NCBI GenBank assembly: GCA_905478415.1
Contig: CAJQIG010000001.1
Coordinates: forward strand, 245,892-309,891
Length of the DNA: 64,000 nucleotides
Direction of reading: 5' to 3'
Source of the DNA: an uncultured Patescibacteria group bacterium
GTDB lineage: Bacteria; Patescibacteriota; Microgenomatia; UBA1400; PJMF01
The position numbers and the translations under genes were made by a program. Within the stretch, counting starts at the first letter, position 1; every line of letters starts with the position of its first letter. Of the stretch, positions 19,879 to 28,895 are shown one piece after another. The notes beneath the pieces were generated by a model. That model made no database searches, was not told the DNA's origin, and saw nothing but the letters and a program-made list of their open reading frames with translations.

Positions 19879-20254
19879 GTTTTAAGTGTTCTAAGGTTAC
19901 ATTAAAAAGAGTTTCTGTGTGCTGGTCGCTAAGGGAATATAAAATAGTTTTCCCAACTCTTTTGTATTTCACTAAATTCATATCTCTAAGAAGCCTCAGT
20001 TGATGAGAAGTGGCTGATTGACTCAGGCTAATTACTTCGGCTAGATCACACACACAAAGTTCCCCATTCAAAAGTGTACTAAAAATTTTAACTCTGGTGG
20101 GATCAGAAAGAGCTTTAAACACTCCCGCCAAGTCGCTTGCTACTTTTTGATCTACCAATTTACTTTTGGCTTGCTTTACTTTTTTCTTATCAACTACTGT
20201 GATTTCACAAATATCTTTATTCATAAGAGACAAATAACTAATACATATGAGCAA
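19859..20254 (-). CDS. cadC: ArsR/SmtB-family metalloregulator, CadC-like
   Basis: alpha3 metal site ELCVCDL plus the HTH LSQSATSHQLRLLRDMNLV. Overlaps the cadA start. The true start may be the ATG at 20224. Confidence 0.85.
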   Translation of the reverse strand: MLICISYLSLMNKDICEITVVDKKKVKQAKSKLVDQKVASDLAGVFKALSDPTRVKIFSTLLNGELCVCDLAEVISLSQSATSHQLRLLRDMNLVKYKRVGKTILYSLSDQHTETLFNVTLEHLKHGKTKT

Positions 20255-20345
20255 CTACTCATATGTATTTATGTTACTACAGCGTAGGGGAAGTGTCAAA
20301 CTAATATCGGGAGAGATAAGAAGTAGCCTTATTTCACACAAGTAA

Positions 20346-21086
20346 TTATTGGCTTAAAGCTCCCTCAACAAGCCTTTTTAGTTCTTCATAATCCCTTGGG
20401 TTTTGTAACTTTTTACCGTTTAAGAAAAGAGTAGGAGTAGAATTGACTCCAGCCTTTATGCCACTACTATAATCATTTCTAACTTTATTCTTTACTTCCT
20501 TTGATCTCACATCTGTTTTAAACTTTTCCATATCCAGATTGAGAGACTGGGCGTATTCGGCAAAAATATCTTTAGCATTTCTTTTCTCCGACCAATCTGC
20601 CTGTCCCTCAAAAATTAGGTCGTGCATTTCCCAAAATTTTCCCTGCATGCCAGCGGCTTCTGCCGCAAAAGCTGCAGGTTCAGCATTACGATGCGTCTGT
20701 TTTAAAGGAAAGTGTCGATATACAAACTGAACTCTATCACCAAATTCTTGATTTAATTGCTTAAGAAGTGGGTAATAACGACCACATGCCGAACACTGAA
20801 AGTCACCATATTCTACTACTAATATTTTTGATTCACCGTTGCCTTTAGTTTGGTCAGAAACAGCAACAGCATCAACTGCCAAAACAGGTTGATTTGGAGT
20901 TGAACTGTTACTTAGCCTGAAGGCAAAAATAACTGCAACAACTCCCAAGAGAATGGCCGACCAAAGACCAATTTTTTTAATTTGTTTTTGGCTCTCTCGT
21001 TTTTCGCGCGCCTCTTGTTTGAGTTGCTTTTTTAGCTCTCTACGCTCTCTTTTAGTAAGTTGTTGTGGTTGATTTAGTTCTTCCAT
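20346..21086 (-). CDS. Membrane-anchored DsbA-like thiol:disulfide oxidoreductase
   Basis: Single N-terminal TM, then a thioredoxin fold with EYGDFQCSACGRYYP (CxxC) and the cis-Pro region STPTLFLNGK. Confidence 0.7.
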   Translation of the reverse strand: MEELNQPQQLTKRERRELKKQLKQEAREKRESQKQIKKIGLWSAILLGVVAVIFAFRLSNSSTPNQPVLAVDAVAVSDQTKGNGESKILVVEYGDFQCSACGRYYPLLKQLNQEFGDRVQFVYRHFPLKQTHRNAEPAAFAAEAAGMQGKFWEMHDLIFEGQADWSEKRNAKDIFAEYAQSLNLDMEKFKTDVRSKEVKNKVRNDYSSGIKAGVNSTPTLFLNGKKLQNPRDYEELKRLVEGALSQ

Positions 21087-21088
21087 AA

Positions 21089-21301
21089 TTATCCTCTCTT
21101 ATTTGTGTATGCTATTAAATGTAAAACAAAATAAAATCCCAGCAATAGCCATCCTATGGCAACAGGAACAAACACATTTCCAACAATATAGTGCTGTAGA
21201 ACTATCACAAATCCTCCTCCTCCTGCAGCGTGTGCTAAATTGGCTAAAATGATATGTTTTGACCAAAACGAAATTGCTTGTTTAATCATGGTTATCACCA
21301 C
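21089..21301 (-). CDS. Small two-TM membrane protein (70 aa) upstream-coupled to the P-type ATPase
   Basis: Two hydrophobic helices and a GGGG linker. Overlaps the ATPase stop by 20 nt. Confidence 0.4.
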   Translation of the reverse strand: MVITMIKQAISFWSKHIILANLAHAAGGGGFVIVLQHYIVGNVFVPVAIGWLLLGFYFVLHLIAYTNKRG

Positions 21302-23198
21302 CTTTCCTTATACTACCTGATACTCTCAAACCATTTCCTATTGCAAGTAGTTCTCCTACCTCGTGAACAGTAACTGCAATAGCAATTGTCATAGCCCCAA
21401 TGAGTGCTGACGGAATGAGTACTACTAAAAGTAAAAGCGAGAATATGATATTTTGTCTGCTGATATTTCTTGCTTTTTTACCCAACTCAATTGCGTATGC
21501 AACTTTGCTTATATCATCACCCATTAGGGCAACGTCAGCGGCTTCAATAGCTGCGTCGGTTCCTGCAGTGCCCATTGCTATACCAACTGTTGCGGTAGCC
21601 AATGCAGGGGCATCATTAATGCCGTCTCCAACCATCACCACATCTTGATGTGTTTTTTTCAACTCATTGATGACCGCTATTTTATCTTCTGGTTTAAGAT
21701 TTGCTTTGATAGTATCAATACCTAACTCTTTGCCAATTGCTTTAGCTGTTACCTGATTGTCACCAGTAAGCATGGCTATCTTTATTCCCATTTTATGAAG
21801 TTTTTCTATGACTTGTTTTGCTTGAGGACGAATTTCATCTCTGACAGCAATAGCTCCTAGCAATGTATTCTTAGTTCCAACATAAATGACGGTTTTCCCA
21901 TCCTGACGTAACTTTTCAACTTTACTGACAAATACTTGATCTACTTCTGTAAATAATTCTTGCTTACCCACTTGAATAACCTGTTTTTCAATAGTTGCTA
22001 CGGCACCTGCTCCAGTTAAAGCTTTGAATTCTACAGCTTTTTTTATGATAACATTCATTTCTTTGGCTTTTGAAATAACTGCCTTGGCTAATGGATGTTC
22101 TGAATACTGTTCAACACTTGCTGCTAACTGAATTATTTCTACTTTTTTTCCTTTGACTGCTTCTATGTCTGTCACCACAGGTTTGCCAAGCGTTAATGTT
22201 CCTGTCTTATCAAAGGCTACTGCCCGAGTTTTTCCCAAGTTTTCTAAATGCATGCCGCCTTTAACCAGTACGCCATTTTTTCCAGCTGTTCCAATACCTG
22301 TAGCCACAGCAACAGGCGTGGACATTACAAGCGCACAAGGTGCAGCTGCAACCAGAAATACAATTGCTCTTACTGCCCATATAGAAAATGAAGCTCCAAA
22401 AAGTGAAGGAATAACTAGAAGGAGTAATCCAACTAAAAGCACAATCGGAGAATATTTTTTTCCAAATTTTTCTATAAATACCTGTGCTTTACCTTTTTTA
22501 TCCTGAGCTTTTTCAACCATGTGAACCATTTTTGAGAGAGTATTGTTTGCAAAAATTGCAGTTACTTTGATTTCCAAAACACCTTCTTGGTTAATCGTGG
22601 CCGAAAAAACTTTCATACCCGGATTCTTCTCAACAGGTATTGATTCTCCGGTAACAGGTGCTTCGTTAATACTGGAAGATCCTTTGACAATTACCCCATC
22701 GGTTGGTAATGATTCTCCTGGGCGTACAATGAATATATCGCCAATCTTTAGCTCTTGTGCTGAAACAGTAATTTCTTTTCCGCTTTTAAGTAACCGTGCC
22801 TCTTTAGGTGCAAGATCTAAAAGTTTTCGAATTGAAGAACGGGTTTTGGCGAAAGTATATCCTTCTAGGCCTTCTGCCGCACCGTAGATAAACACGAGAA
22901 GTGCCGCTTCTTCCCATAAACCTAAAACTCCTGCTCCAACTGCTGCGACCAACATCAAAAGCTCTATACCAATTTCTTTTTCTTGGATAAGCTCTTCGAG
23001 TCCCTCTCTGGCCCAAAAGAAACCACCTATTATGCCTGCTGTAATATAGAGAAGAGTTGTAAAGTATTCTGGGATAATACTAAAACGAGACAAAAGAAGC
23101 GAAGTGCCAATAATCGATCCTGCAACTAAGGCGTTGCGCATCTGCGGATAGGTGTACCATTTATACTCAGTAGTTATTTGTTTTTCGTCTTTTCCCAT
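21282..23198 (-). CDS. P1B-type heavy-metal ATPase (TM6 APC motif; Zn/Co/Cd-type candidate)
   Basis: TGES, AAPCALVMSTP, DKTGTLT, MLTGDN and GDGINDAPAL motifs. No N-terminal HMA domain. Confidence 0.85.
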   Translation of the reverse strand: MGKDEKQITTEYKWYTYPQMRNALVAGSIIGTSLLLSRFSIIPEYFTTLLYITAGIIGGFFWAREGLEELIQEKEIGIELLMLVAAVGAGVLGLWEEAALLVFIYGAAEGLEGYTFAKTRSSIRKLLDLAPKEARLLKSGKEITVSAQELKIGDIFIVRPGESLPTDGVIVKGSSSINEAPVTGESIPVEKNPGMKVFSATINQEGVLEIKVTAIFANNTLSKMVHMVEKAQDKKGKAQVFIEKFGKKYSPIVLLVGLLLLVIPSLFGASFSIWAVRAIVFLVAAAPCALVMSTPVAVATGIGTAGKNGVLVKGGMHLENLGKTRAVAFDKTGTLTLGKPVVTDIEAVKGKKVEIIQLAASVEQYSEHPLAKAVISKAKEMNVIIKKAVEFKALTGAGAVATIEKQVIQVGKQELFTEVDQVFVSKVEKLRQDGKTVIYVGTKNTLLGAIAVRDEIRPQAKQVIEKLHKMGIKIAMLTGDNQVTAKAIGKELGIDTIKANLKPEDKIAVINELKKTHQDVVMVGDGINDAPALATATVGIAMGTAGTDAAIEAADVALMGDDISKVAYAIELGKKARNISRQNIIFSLLLLVVLIPSALIGAMTIAIAVTVHEVGELLAIGNGLRVSGSIRKGGDNHD

Positions 23199-23201
23199 AA
23201 T

Positions 23202-23525
23202 TTAATACCTGGTACATTCAAACAGTTCTTTTGAATGTTGACTAATAATTTTTCTCGCTACTTCAATTACTTCCCCTACTTCCTCGCCCGAAAGTTGGTA
23301 AAAAATGTTTCGCCCATCTTTACGCTTTTTAACAAGTCCACAACCAAAAAGACATGATAAATGCATAGAAACGTTTGGTTGGGAAAATTCTGTTTCCTGA
23401 ACAATTTCGGACACAGTCTTTTCTTTCTCAGAAAGTAATTCTAAAATTGCCAGTCGTGAAGAATCACCAAAACTTTTGAAGAGCTTAGCTTCTAAATTTA
23501 ATTGAGTAAAATCTAATGACATCAT
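23202..23525 (-). CDS. ArsR/SmtB-family transcriptional repressor
   Basis: RLAILELL...TVSEIVQETEFSQPNVSMHLSCLFGCGLV, an HTH with Cys residues. Immediately upstream of the ATPase. Confidence 0.8.
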   Translation of the reverse strand: MMSLDFTQLNLEAKLFKSFGDSSRLAILELLSEKEKTVSEIVQETEFSQPNVSMHLSCLFGCGLVKKRKDGRNIFYQLSGEEVGEVIEVARKIISQHSKELFECTRY

Positions 23526-23640
23526 ATCAATATATCATTACTTACTGATATGATAAAGACTCAATAATTAGGTATATATATCTAAACCTAATAGATTCCA
23601 ATAAACTTATTGACCTAATTAAAGTTCATTAAGATAATTG

Positions 23641-23844
23641 CTACTCTTTTTGTTTGGGCGGACACTTACTATCTGCATACGAACAAAATACACAACAATC
23701 TCCTTGTTTTGGCTTGAGTATCTCCCCACAATGGATACATTTATAAAAATGTTGACAAGCATCAGTGGGCATACTAACTTCTTGAGATTTATTACAAAAA
23801 GGGCACTTCAGATTGGTTTTTATTTTTGTGTTTCTTCTAAGCAT
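23641..23844 (-). CDS. Cysteine-rich small protein (67 aa; four CxxC-type pairs), a zinc-ribbon-like metal-binding protein
   Basis: CPFC...CIHC...CCVFC...KCPP. Sits between the arsR-ATPase unit and the MCO gene. Confidence 0.5.
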   Translation of the reverse strand: MLRRNTKIKTNLKCPFCNKSQEVSMPTDACQHFYKCIHCGEILKPKQGDCCVFCSYADSKCPPKQKE

Positions 23845-23862
23845 TATTCCTCCTTATAGTTG

Positions 23863-25296
23863 TTACTTTTCTACTATAACAACCGTTAACATACCTGCTT
23901 CAGCATGCTCTAAAATATGACAGTGACTAACCCAAGTCCCTTCATCCAAGGGGACTACTCCTATATCAATAACCTCCTTCGATTTAATCAAAACAGTATC
24001 CCTCAAATATGGTTCATCTACTGGTTGACCATTTCTTGCAAGAACTTTAAAGAATTGTCCATGTAAATGCATAGGATGCAGCCTTGAAGAAACATTTGTA
24101 AAACGTATCACATTAAATTTACCTTTTTTAAGGGTAATTGGGTCGTAATCTGGATATGCCTTACCATTTATTGTCCATTCAATACCATATTTTCCACCTC
24201 TTCTAGCATCTAAAACATACTCGTGATCAATTTTTAGTGCATTAGTAGTACTACTCCAATCTGGGAACATAGCAGCTACAGGAATATTAAAGGACTTTAC
24301 TTCATTACTAACAGCTCCATCTACTAAAATATTAACTAGGTTATTAGTTTCTCTAGTAAAGGTATCACGAATACGATAGGTTTTTTTTTGAGATACTTGA
24401 GGAATTCTAATATCAACATCAACTCTGTTTCCAGGGGCAATTTCAAATCCTTGTACTGCAAACGGTTCTTTTGCAAGCATACCGTCTACTGCAAAGCCTT
24501 TTATATCTAAAGCACCAAAATCAAGTTTGTAAATTCGTGCATTTGAAGTATTAACAAATCTCAACCTCAATCTTTCACCTGCTTTAGCATCAATAGTGTA
24601 ATTCGGCATACCATTAACTGTAATAATATTACCCCAACGGCCATCATGCATTAAATCTCCACCAGTATTAAAACGTGGATCAATTTGTCCACTCTGGTCG
24701 ATTCTCCAATCATCCAACACTATAATTTTATCTTGGTCATATTTAGGCTCAGTAGGGTCTTCTACAACAATAGTTCCATACAAGCCTCTTTCTACCTGCT
24801 CACTCCCTCTAACATGAGGATGGTACCAAAAAGTACCAGCATCTTTAGGAGCAAACTCATAGACAAAACTTTCGCCTGGCTTAATAGGCTCTTGAGTTAC
24901 ACCGGGTACTCCATCCATTGCATTAGGAACCCTTATTCCGTGAAAATGTATTGTCGTCTCTTGTGGCAGATTATTTGTGAAGTTAATTTTAAGAGTATCT
25001 CCTTTTTCAACACGAAGTTCAGGTCCAGGCACTTGCCCATTATAAGTCCACACATCAAGATCATCACCTTCAAAAAAGTTTAATTTTCCTATCTCGGCAG
25101 ATAAAGTAAACTCTTTAACTACCCCTGTAGTTTCAATATCTTCTGGGTATGCTGCCCCAAAGTTTGGCAAATATCCTCCATTTATATTCTGATTAATGAC
25201 TTTTATTACAGTAAAAGATAGTAAAAATAAAGCAATTATCAAAAAACTGTATTTGAAAAATACTTTTATTGAATGTTTTTGACTGCTACCTATCAT
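23863..25296 (-). CDS. Multicopper oxidase (CueO/CopA/laccase family), copy 1
   Basis: All four MCO copper motifs are present: HFHG, YHPH, HPMHLHG and HCHILEHAEAGM. N-terminal signal/TM. Roughly 75% identical to the paralogue at 45705-47132 (estimated by eye). Confidence 0.9.
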   Translation of the reverse strand: MIGSSQKHSIKVFFKYSFLIIALFLLSFTVIKVINQNINGGYLPNFGAAYPEDIETTGVVKEFTLSAEIGKLNFFEGDDLDVWTYNGQVPGPELRVEKGDTLKINFTNNLPQETTIHFHGIRVPNAMDGVPGVTQEPIKPGESFVYEFAPKDAGTFWYHPHVRGSEQVERGLYGTIVVEDPTEPKYDQDKIIVLDDWRIDQSGQIDPRFNTGGDLMHDGRWGNIITVNGMPNYTIDAKAGERLRLRFVNTSNARIYKLDFGALDIKGFAVDGMLAKEPFAVQGFEIAPGNRVDVDIRIPQVSQKKTYRIRDTFTRETNNLVNILVDGAVSNEVKSFNIPVAAMFPDWSSTTNALKIDHEYVLDARRGGKYGIEWTINGKAYPDYDPITLKKGKFNVIRFTNVSSRLHPMHLHGQFFKVLARNGQPVDEPYLRDTVLIKSKEVIDIGVVPLDEGTWVSHCHILEHAEAGMLTVVIVEK

Positions 25297-25311
25297 TAAT
25301 TTTTACCCATC

Positions 25312-25743
25312 TTATTTTTCAAGTTCCTCTTTTAATAATTTCAGTTCTTTAGTGGTATTATTCAATGCTCTTAATAGTTTACTTTCAACTTCTATGGCAA
25401 TTTTGGAAATTTCTAAATTGCTTGAAAGAGTTAAAGCAGCAGTCGGCTTCATCATACTAATAAAAGTGCTTCCATTTTCTTCGTACAAAATTACATTACA
25501 CGGAAGTAGTAACCCTATCTCTTTTTCAGCTTGTAGTGCTTTATAAGCATTTGGAGGATTACATGCTCCTAGTATCATATACTTAGAATAATCAATATTT
25601 AGCTTTCTTTTCAGTGTTTCTTGAACATCAATTTGAGTAAGAATCCCAAAACCTTCTTGATTTAATGAATCAACTATTGATGCCAAAGCGCTAGAAAAAT
25701 CACCTTGGTATTTTTTTGTTATGTAATATGTTGCTTTTTTCAT
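25312..25743 (-). CDS. DUF302-domain protein (metal-resistance-associated), copy 1
   Basis: EGFGILTQIDVQETLKRKLN...MILGACNPPNAYKAL. Paralogue of 50437-50835. Confidence 0.6.
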   Translation of the reverse strand: MKKATYYITKKYQGDFSSALASIVDSLNQEGFGILTQIDVQETLKRKLNIDYSKYMILGACNPPNAYKALQAEKEIGLLLPCNVILYEENGSTFISMMKPTAALTLSSNLEISKIAIEVESKLLRALNNTTKELKLLKEELEK

Positions 25744-25803
25744 ATTTTTATTATCCTTTATATTTTATATTTTTCTGAGTCATCTTCAAAATGAATTCTA
25801 CAA

Positions 25804-25929
25804 TTATCTGAATAGAAATAGTATTTTTTGACTCAAGTGTTGAAATACCTCTCTGGCTGTACAGCTTTTTTGTTGCCAAACATAACTCACTACCCCTTGT
25901 TCAAGAGGTCTCAAAGAAATTTTTTTCAT
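25804..25929 (-). pseudogene. Truncated BlaI/CopY-family repressor remnant (N-terminal 41 codons only)
   Basis: MKKISLRPLEQGVVSYVWQQKSCTAREVFQHLSQ aligns with the N-terminus of the intact BlaI-like protein at 54433-54801 (MKKVSFGPLEQEIMNSIWKKKSSTARDIFQDLSK), then diverges and stops. Confidence 0.6.
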
Positions 25930-25930
25930 A

Positions 25931-25956
25931 CCTACGAGTGTAGGATGTACACTCTC
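25931..25956. promoter_or_regulatory. Palindromic operator candidate CCTACGAGTGTAGGATGTACACTC (CCTAC/GTAGG and GAGTGTA/TACACTC dyads; TACnnnnTGTA cop-box/BlaI-box-like)
   Basis: Lies immediately 5' of the blaI-remnant ATG. The CCTACGAGTGTAGG core is identical to the one at 54803-54816 upstream of the intact blaI-like gene. Confidence 0.5.
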
Positions 25957-26134
25957 AAAAAACAAGAGTTGTATTTTCTCTCTTGCCTAGATCCAGAGTA
26001 CTGATATAATCTGATACAATTTACTACCATAAGTAAATGTTATAACAAAGGCTGCCCACTTTAAGAGGTAGCTTTTTTTGTAACAACTGATATGCCTGCC
26101 AGCAATAAGATTAACATCGTTGAAAGGGTTGTAT

Positions 26135-26467
26135 ATGAAAAAATTAGTATTCCTCCAAAGTCTAGTACTCACTTCGTTAGTAATGGCTTCACCAGTCTTT
26201 GCTCAATCTGCAGAAGTTGGTCAAATTCAATCCTTTATCCAAGAAGTTATTCAAATTATGGTTACTCTCTCGGGATTCATTGCAGCTGGTTTTATTGTTT
26301 GGGGTGGAGTTGGATACATAACTAGTTCTGGAAATCCAGAAAGCTTAGAAAAATCTAAAAAAACAATTCTCTATTCAGCCATTGGTCTTACTTTAGTCTT
26401 GAGTGCTTTTGTGATTTCAAACATGGTTAGCCAAGTTGCAACAACAGCTTTTGGTTCAGGGATGTAA
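26135..26467 (+). CDS. VirB2/TrbC-like conjugative pilin (signal peptide plus two hydrophobic helices)
   Basis: MKKLVFLQSLVLTSLVMASPVFAQS signal, then IMVTLSGFIAAGFIVWGGVGYITSSGNPESLEKSKKTILYSAIGLTLVLSAFVI. An AAAGGG SD precedes the ATG at 26135. The 26120 call uses a TTG start. Confidence 0.55.
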   Translation: MKKLVFLQSLVLTSLVMASPVFAQSAEVGQIQSFIQEVIQIMVTLSGFIAAGFIVWGGVGYITSSGNPESLEKSKKTILYSAIGLTLVLSAFVISNMVSQVATTAFGSGM

Positions 26468-26495
26468 TTTAGATAAATAAGGGATAACAATATTG

Positions 26496-27794
26496 ATGAG
26501 CAAAGTACTTACAGGTATATGGACAGCTACACTTACATTCTTTCTATTTAGTTCTCCTGTTTTTGCTCAAAGTACCAACCCTGACATTATTCAATACACT
26601 ACAGATACATTACAAATAATAACTTTAATCGCGACCGCATCAGCGGTCTTTTTTTTAGTTAAAGCAGGCTATGTCTACATGACTTCTGCTGGAAAACCAG
26701 AAGCTTTAGAGTCAGCCAAAAAGACCATTAAAAACGCAGTTGTTGGACTCACTATCGTCTTAGCTGCTAATGTTGTTACCTCAGTATTCCAACACGCTTT
26801 TGACTCACAAAATAGTCTTGGTAGTGGCACACCTGTTGATCTGGTCACTATCCAAACTGTTGAGCCAAGTGAGGGTTTAACTCAGGTCTTGATTGACGCA
26901 GTAGCTGGATTTATCCAAAACATTGTTGAAAGCTCTACTGAACCAGTTGTAAATGGAGTATTTGGTTATCTAACAACCACACCAACTCTGCTTGATAACG
27001 AAGTAGTGCGTAATTTTTGGTTTATTACTGTTGGGATAGTGGATGCTTTATTTATCTTAGTTGTGGCTCTAATGGGACTACAAGTTATGAGTGCTAGTAC
27101 TTTTGGCTTTGAAGAAGTTGAAATTAAACAACTCCTGCCAAAACTAGGTATAACTTTTCTTGGTGCGAATATTTCTTTATTCCTGGCTGACTACGCCATC
27201 ATTACCTGTAACACCTTAGTGAAAGTAATTCTTGATTCCACAGGCGGACTCAATCACGCATGGATAGAAAGTGCTTTTAATCCTACTGCTGTCATTACTG
27301 GAACCACACCACTAATTATTTTAATCTTCATGGTTTTGTTTTTAATTGTCTCGATTGTATTACTCCTGATGTACATTAGTCGCCTTATTTTTATTTCCCT
27401 TGGTGCAGTTTTATCTCCATTTATCTTTTTACTCTCTGCTTTGCCTAAATTTTCAGACTTTGCATTTATTGCAGTAAAGACATACCTTGTGAGTGTTTTT
27501 ATAGTGTTTGTTCATGTGGTTATTATTCAATTGGCTAGCTCGTTTTTAACTCTTCCAGATCATAGCGAGAACTCGCTTATTTCTATTGCAGTGGGAATTG
27601 GATTGTTTATTACTTTACTCAAAACCCCAAACCTGATGATGCAAATGGTTATGTATACCTCAAATTCTGGAGCGATGAAAAAACTAGGAAACCAGATTAT
27701 TAATGTTATGACTACAGACAATGCATCTGTTGCTAGCAGAGCCCAGGCTCAAGGCACAGCCTCCAAATTAACAAGAAAGGCAATAAAACTATGA
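26496..27794 (+). CDS. Fusion protein: N-terminal VirB2-like pilin module joined to a VirB6/TrbL-like polytopic membrane domain
   Basis: Residues 1-100 are paralogous to the preceding pilin (KAGYVYMTSAGKPEALESAKKTIKNAVVGLTIVLAANVV versus GGVGYITSSGNPESLEKSKKTILYSAIGLTLVLSAFVI). The remaining 330 aa contain at least five TM helices, as in VirB6. Confidence 0.5.
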   Translation: MSKVLTGIWTATLTFFLFSSPVFAQSTNPDIIQYTTDTLQIITLIATASAVFFLVKAGYVYMTSAGKPEALESAKKTIKNAVVGLTIVLAANVVTSVFQHAFDSQNSLGSGTPVDLVTIQTVEPSEGLTQVLIDAVAGFIQNIVESSTEPVVNGVFGYLTTTPTLLDNEVVRNFWFITVGIVDALFILVVALMGLQVMSASTFGFEEVEIKQLLPKLGITFLGANISLFLADYAIITCNTLVKVILDSTGGLNHAWIESAFNPTAVITGTTPLIILIFMVLFLIVSIVLLLMYISRLIFISLGAVLSPFIFLLSALPKFSDFAFIAVKTYLVSVFIVFVHVVIIQLASSFLTLPDHSENSLISIAVGIGLFITLLKTPNLMMQMVMYTSNSGAMKKLGNQIINVMTTDNASVASRAQAQGTASKLTRKAIKL

Positions 27795-28303
27795 GAAGCC
27801 AAGTAATACCTGCTCAAATAACCACAGTGGAAGATAAGATTGCGGGTAATTTTAGTTTAACTCAAATAATGTTACTACTCTTACCAGTTTTAATTGCCTC
27901 GTTTATCTATGCTTTCCTACCTCCAAGTATGAACTTTGTAATCTACAAGCTTGTTTTAGCAGGAATCTTTGCTGTTTTGAGTATTACTTTAGCCATTCGA
28001 ATCAAAGGCAGAATTATTGCCAGCTGGCTAGTAGTTTTATTTCGATATAACCTGCGACCAAAGTACTATGTTTACAGCAAAAATTCAGTAACTCAAAGAA
28101 AAATCATCAAACCTAAACTAGAAAAAGTTGTAGAAGAGAAAGATTTTGATGTTATTGAAACTAACAAGACAAAAACTCTAACTCCAAGTCTTAAAGATCT
28201 TCTTCAAATCAACCATATTCTCAACACCACAGACTTTAATTTAATCTACCGAACTGGAAAGAAAGGAGGACTTAATGTGGCTTTTGAAAAAATCTCTAAA
28301 TAA
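27791..28303 (+). CDS. Small two-TM membrane protein, VirB3-like by position (immediately upstream of VirB4)
   Basis: Two hydrophobic helices (IMLLLLPVLIASFIYAFL, LVLAGIFAVLSITLAI). Overlaps the start of the VirB4 N-terminal ORF. Confidence 0.4.
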   Translation: MRSQVIPAQITTVEDKIAGNFSLTQIMLLLLPVLIASFIYAFLPPSMNFVIYKLVLAGIFAVLSITLAIRIKGRIIASWLVVLFRYNLRPKYYVYSKNSVTQRKIIKPKLEKVVEEKDFDVIETNKTKTLTPSLKDLLQINHILNTTDFNLIYRTGKKGGLNVAFEKISK

Positions 28304-28895
28304 AATTAGCTCTCGGAACCAAATTGCTATCAAAGAGGTACGTGATGGAATTTTAGTTTTACCTAACAACAAGCATCGTTTAATTATTGAAACCTCATCG
28401 GTAAACTTTGAGCTCAAAAGTGAGGTTGAACAAGATGTGCTGATTGATAGCTTTCAGACCTTTCTAAACTCATTGCCTAGCCAACTTCAAATCTTGATTC
28501 GTATTCGTGAAGTTGATATTGATCAGTATGTTGACTCTATCGAAATACTAAAACAAACAGAAAACAATCCCAAATATTTGGAACAAATTGATGACTACAC
28601 CCAGTTTATTAGGCAACTTGTATCTGGAAATAAAATATTATCTCGAAAATTCTATATTGTGCTCCCATATAAACCAAATAATAACAAAAACGCCTTTGAT
28701 CTTGCCAAAACACAACTAACTTTGACACAAGATATGGTGATAAAAGCTTTAGAAAAACTAGGCATGAAAGCTAGAACTCTAAGTAGTCTAGAAGTACTCA
28801 ACCTCTTCTATAGTTTTTATAACAAAGACCAAATCAAAACTCAGGAACTTAATCAAACAATTATGAAATCACTTTTACAACATAACTATGTTTAA
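28275..28895 (+). CDS. VirB4/TrbE-family ATPase, N-terminal segment (206 aa) as a separate ORF
   Basis: Perfect SD AAAGGAGGA 5 nt upstream. Sequence IKEVRDGILVLPNNKHRLIIETSSVNFELKSEVEQDVLIDSFQTFLNSL matches the N-terminal region of monoderm VirB4 (PrgJ/TraE-like). Ends with a TAA that overlaps the next ATG (ATGTTTAA). Confidence 0.6.
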   Translation: MWLLKKSLNKISSRNQIAIKEVRDGILVLPNNKHRLIIETSSVNFELKSEVEQDVLIDSFQTFLNSLPSQLQILIRIREVDIDQYVDSIEILKQTENNPKYLEQIDDYTQFIRQLVSGNKILSRKFYIVLPYKPNNNKNAFDLAKTQLTLTQDMVIKALEKLGMKARTLSSLEVLNLFYSFYNKDQIKTQELNQTIMKSLLQHNYV

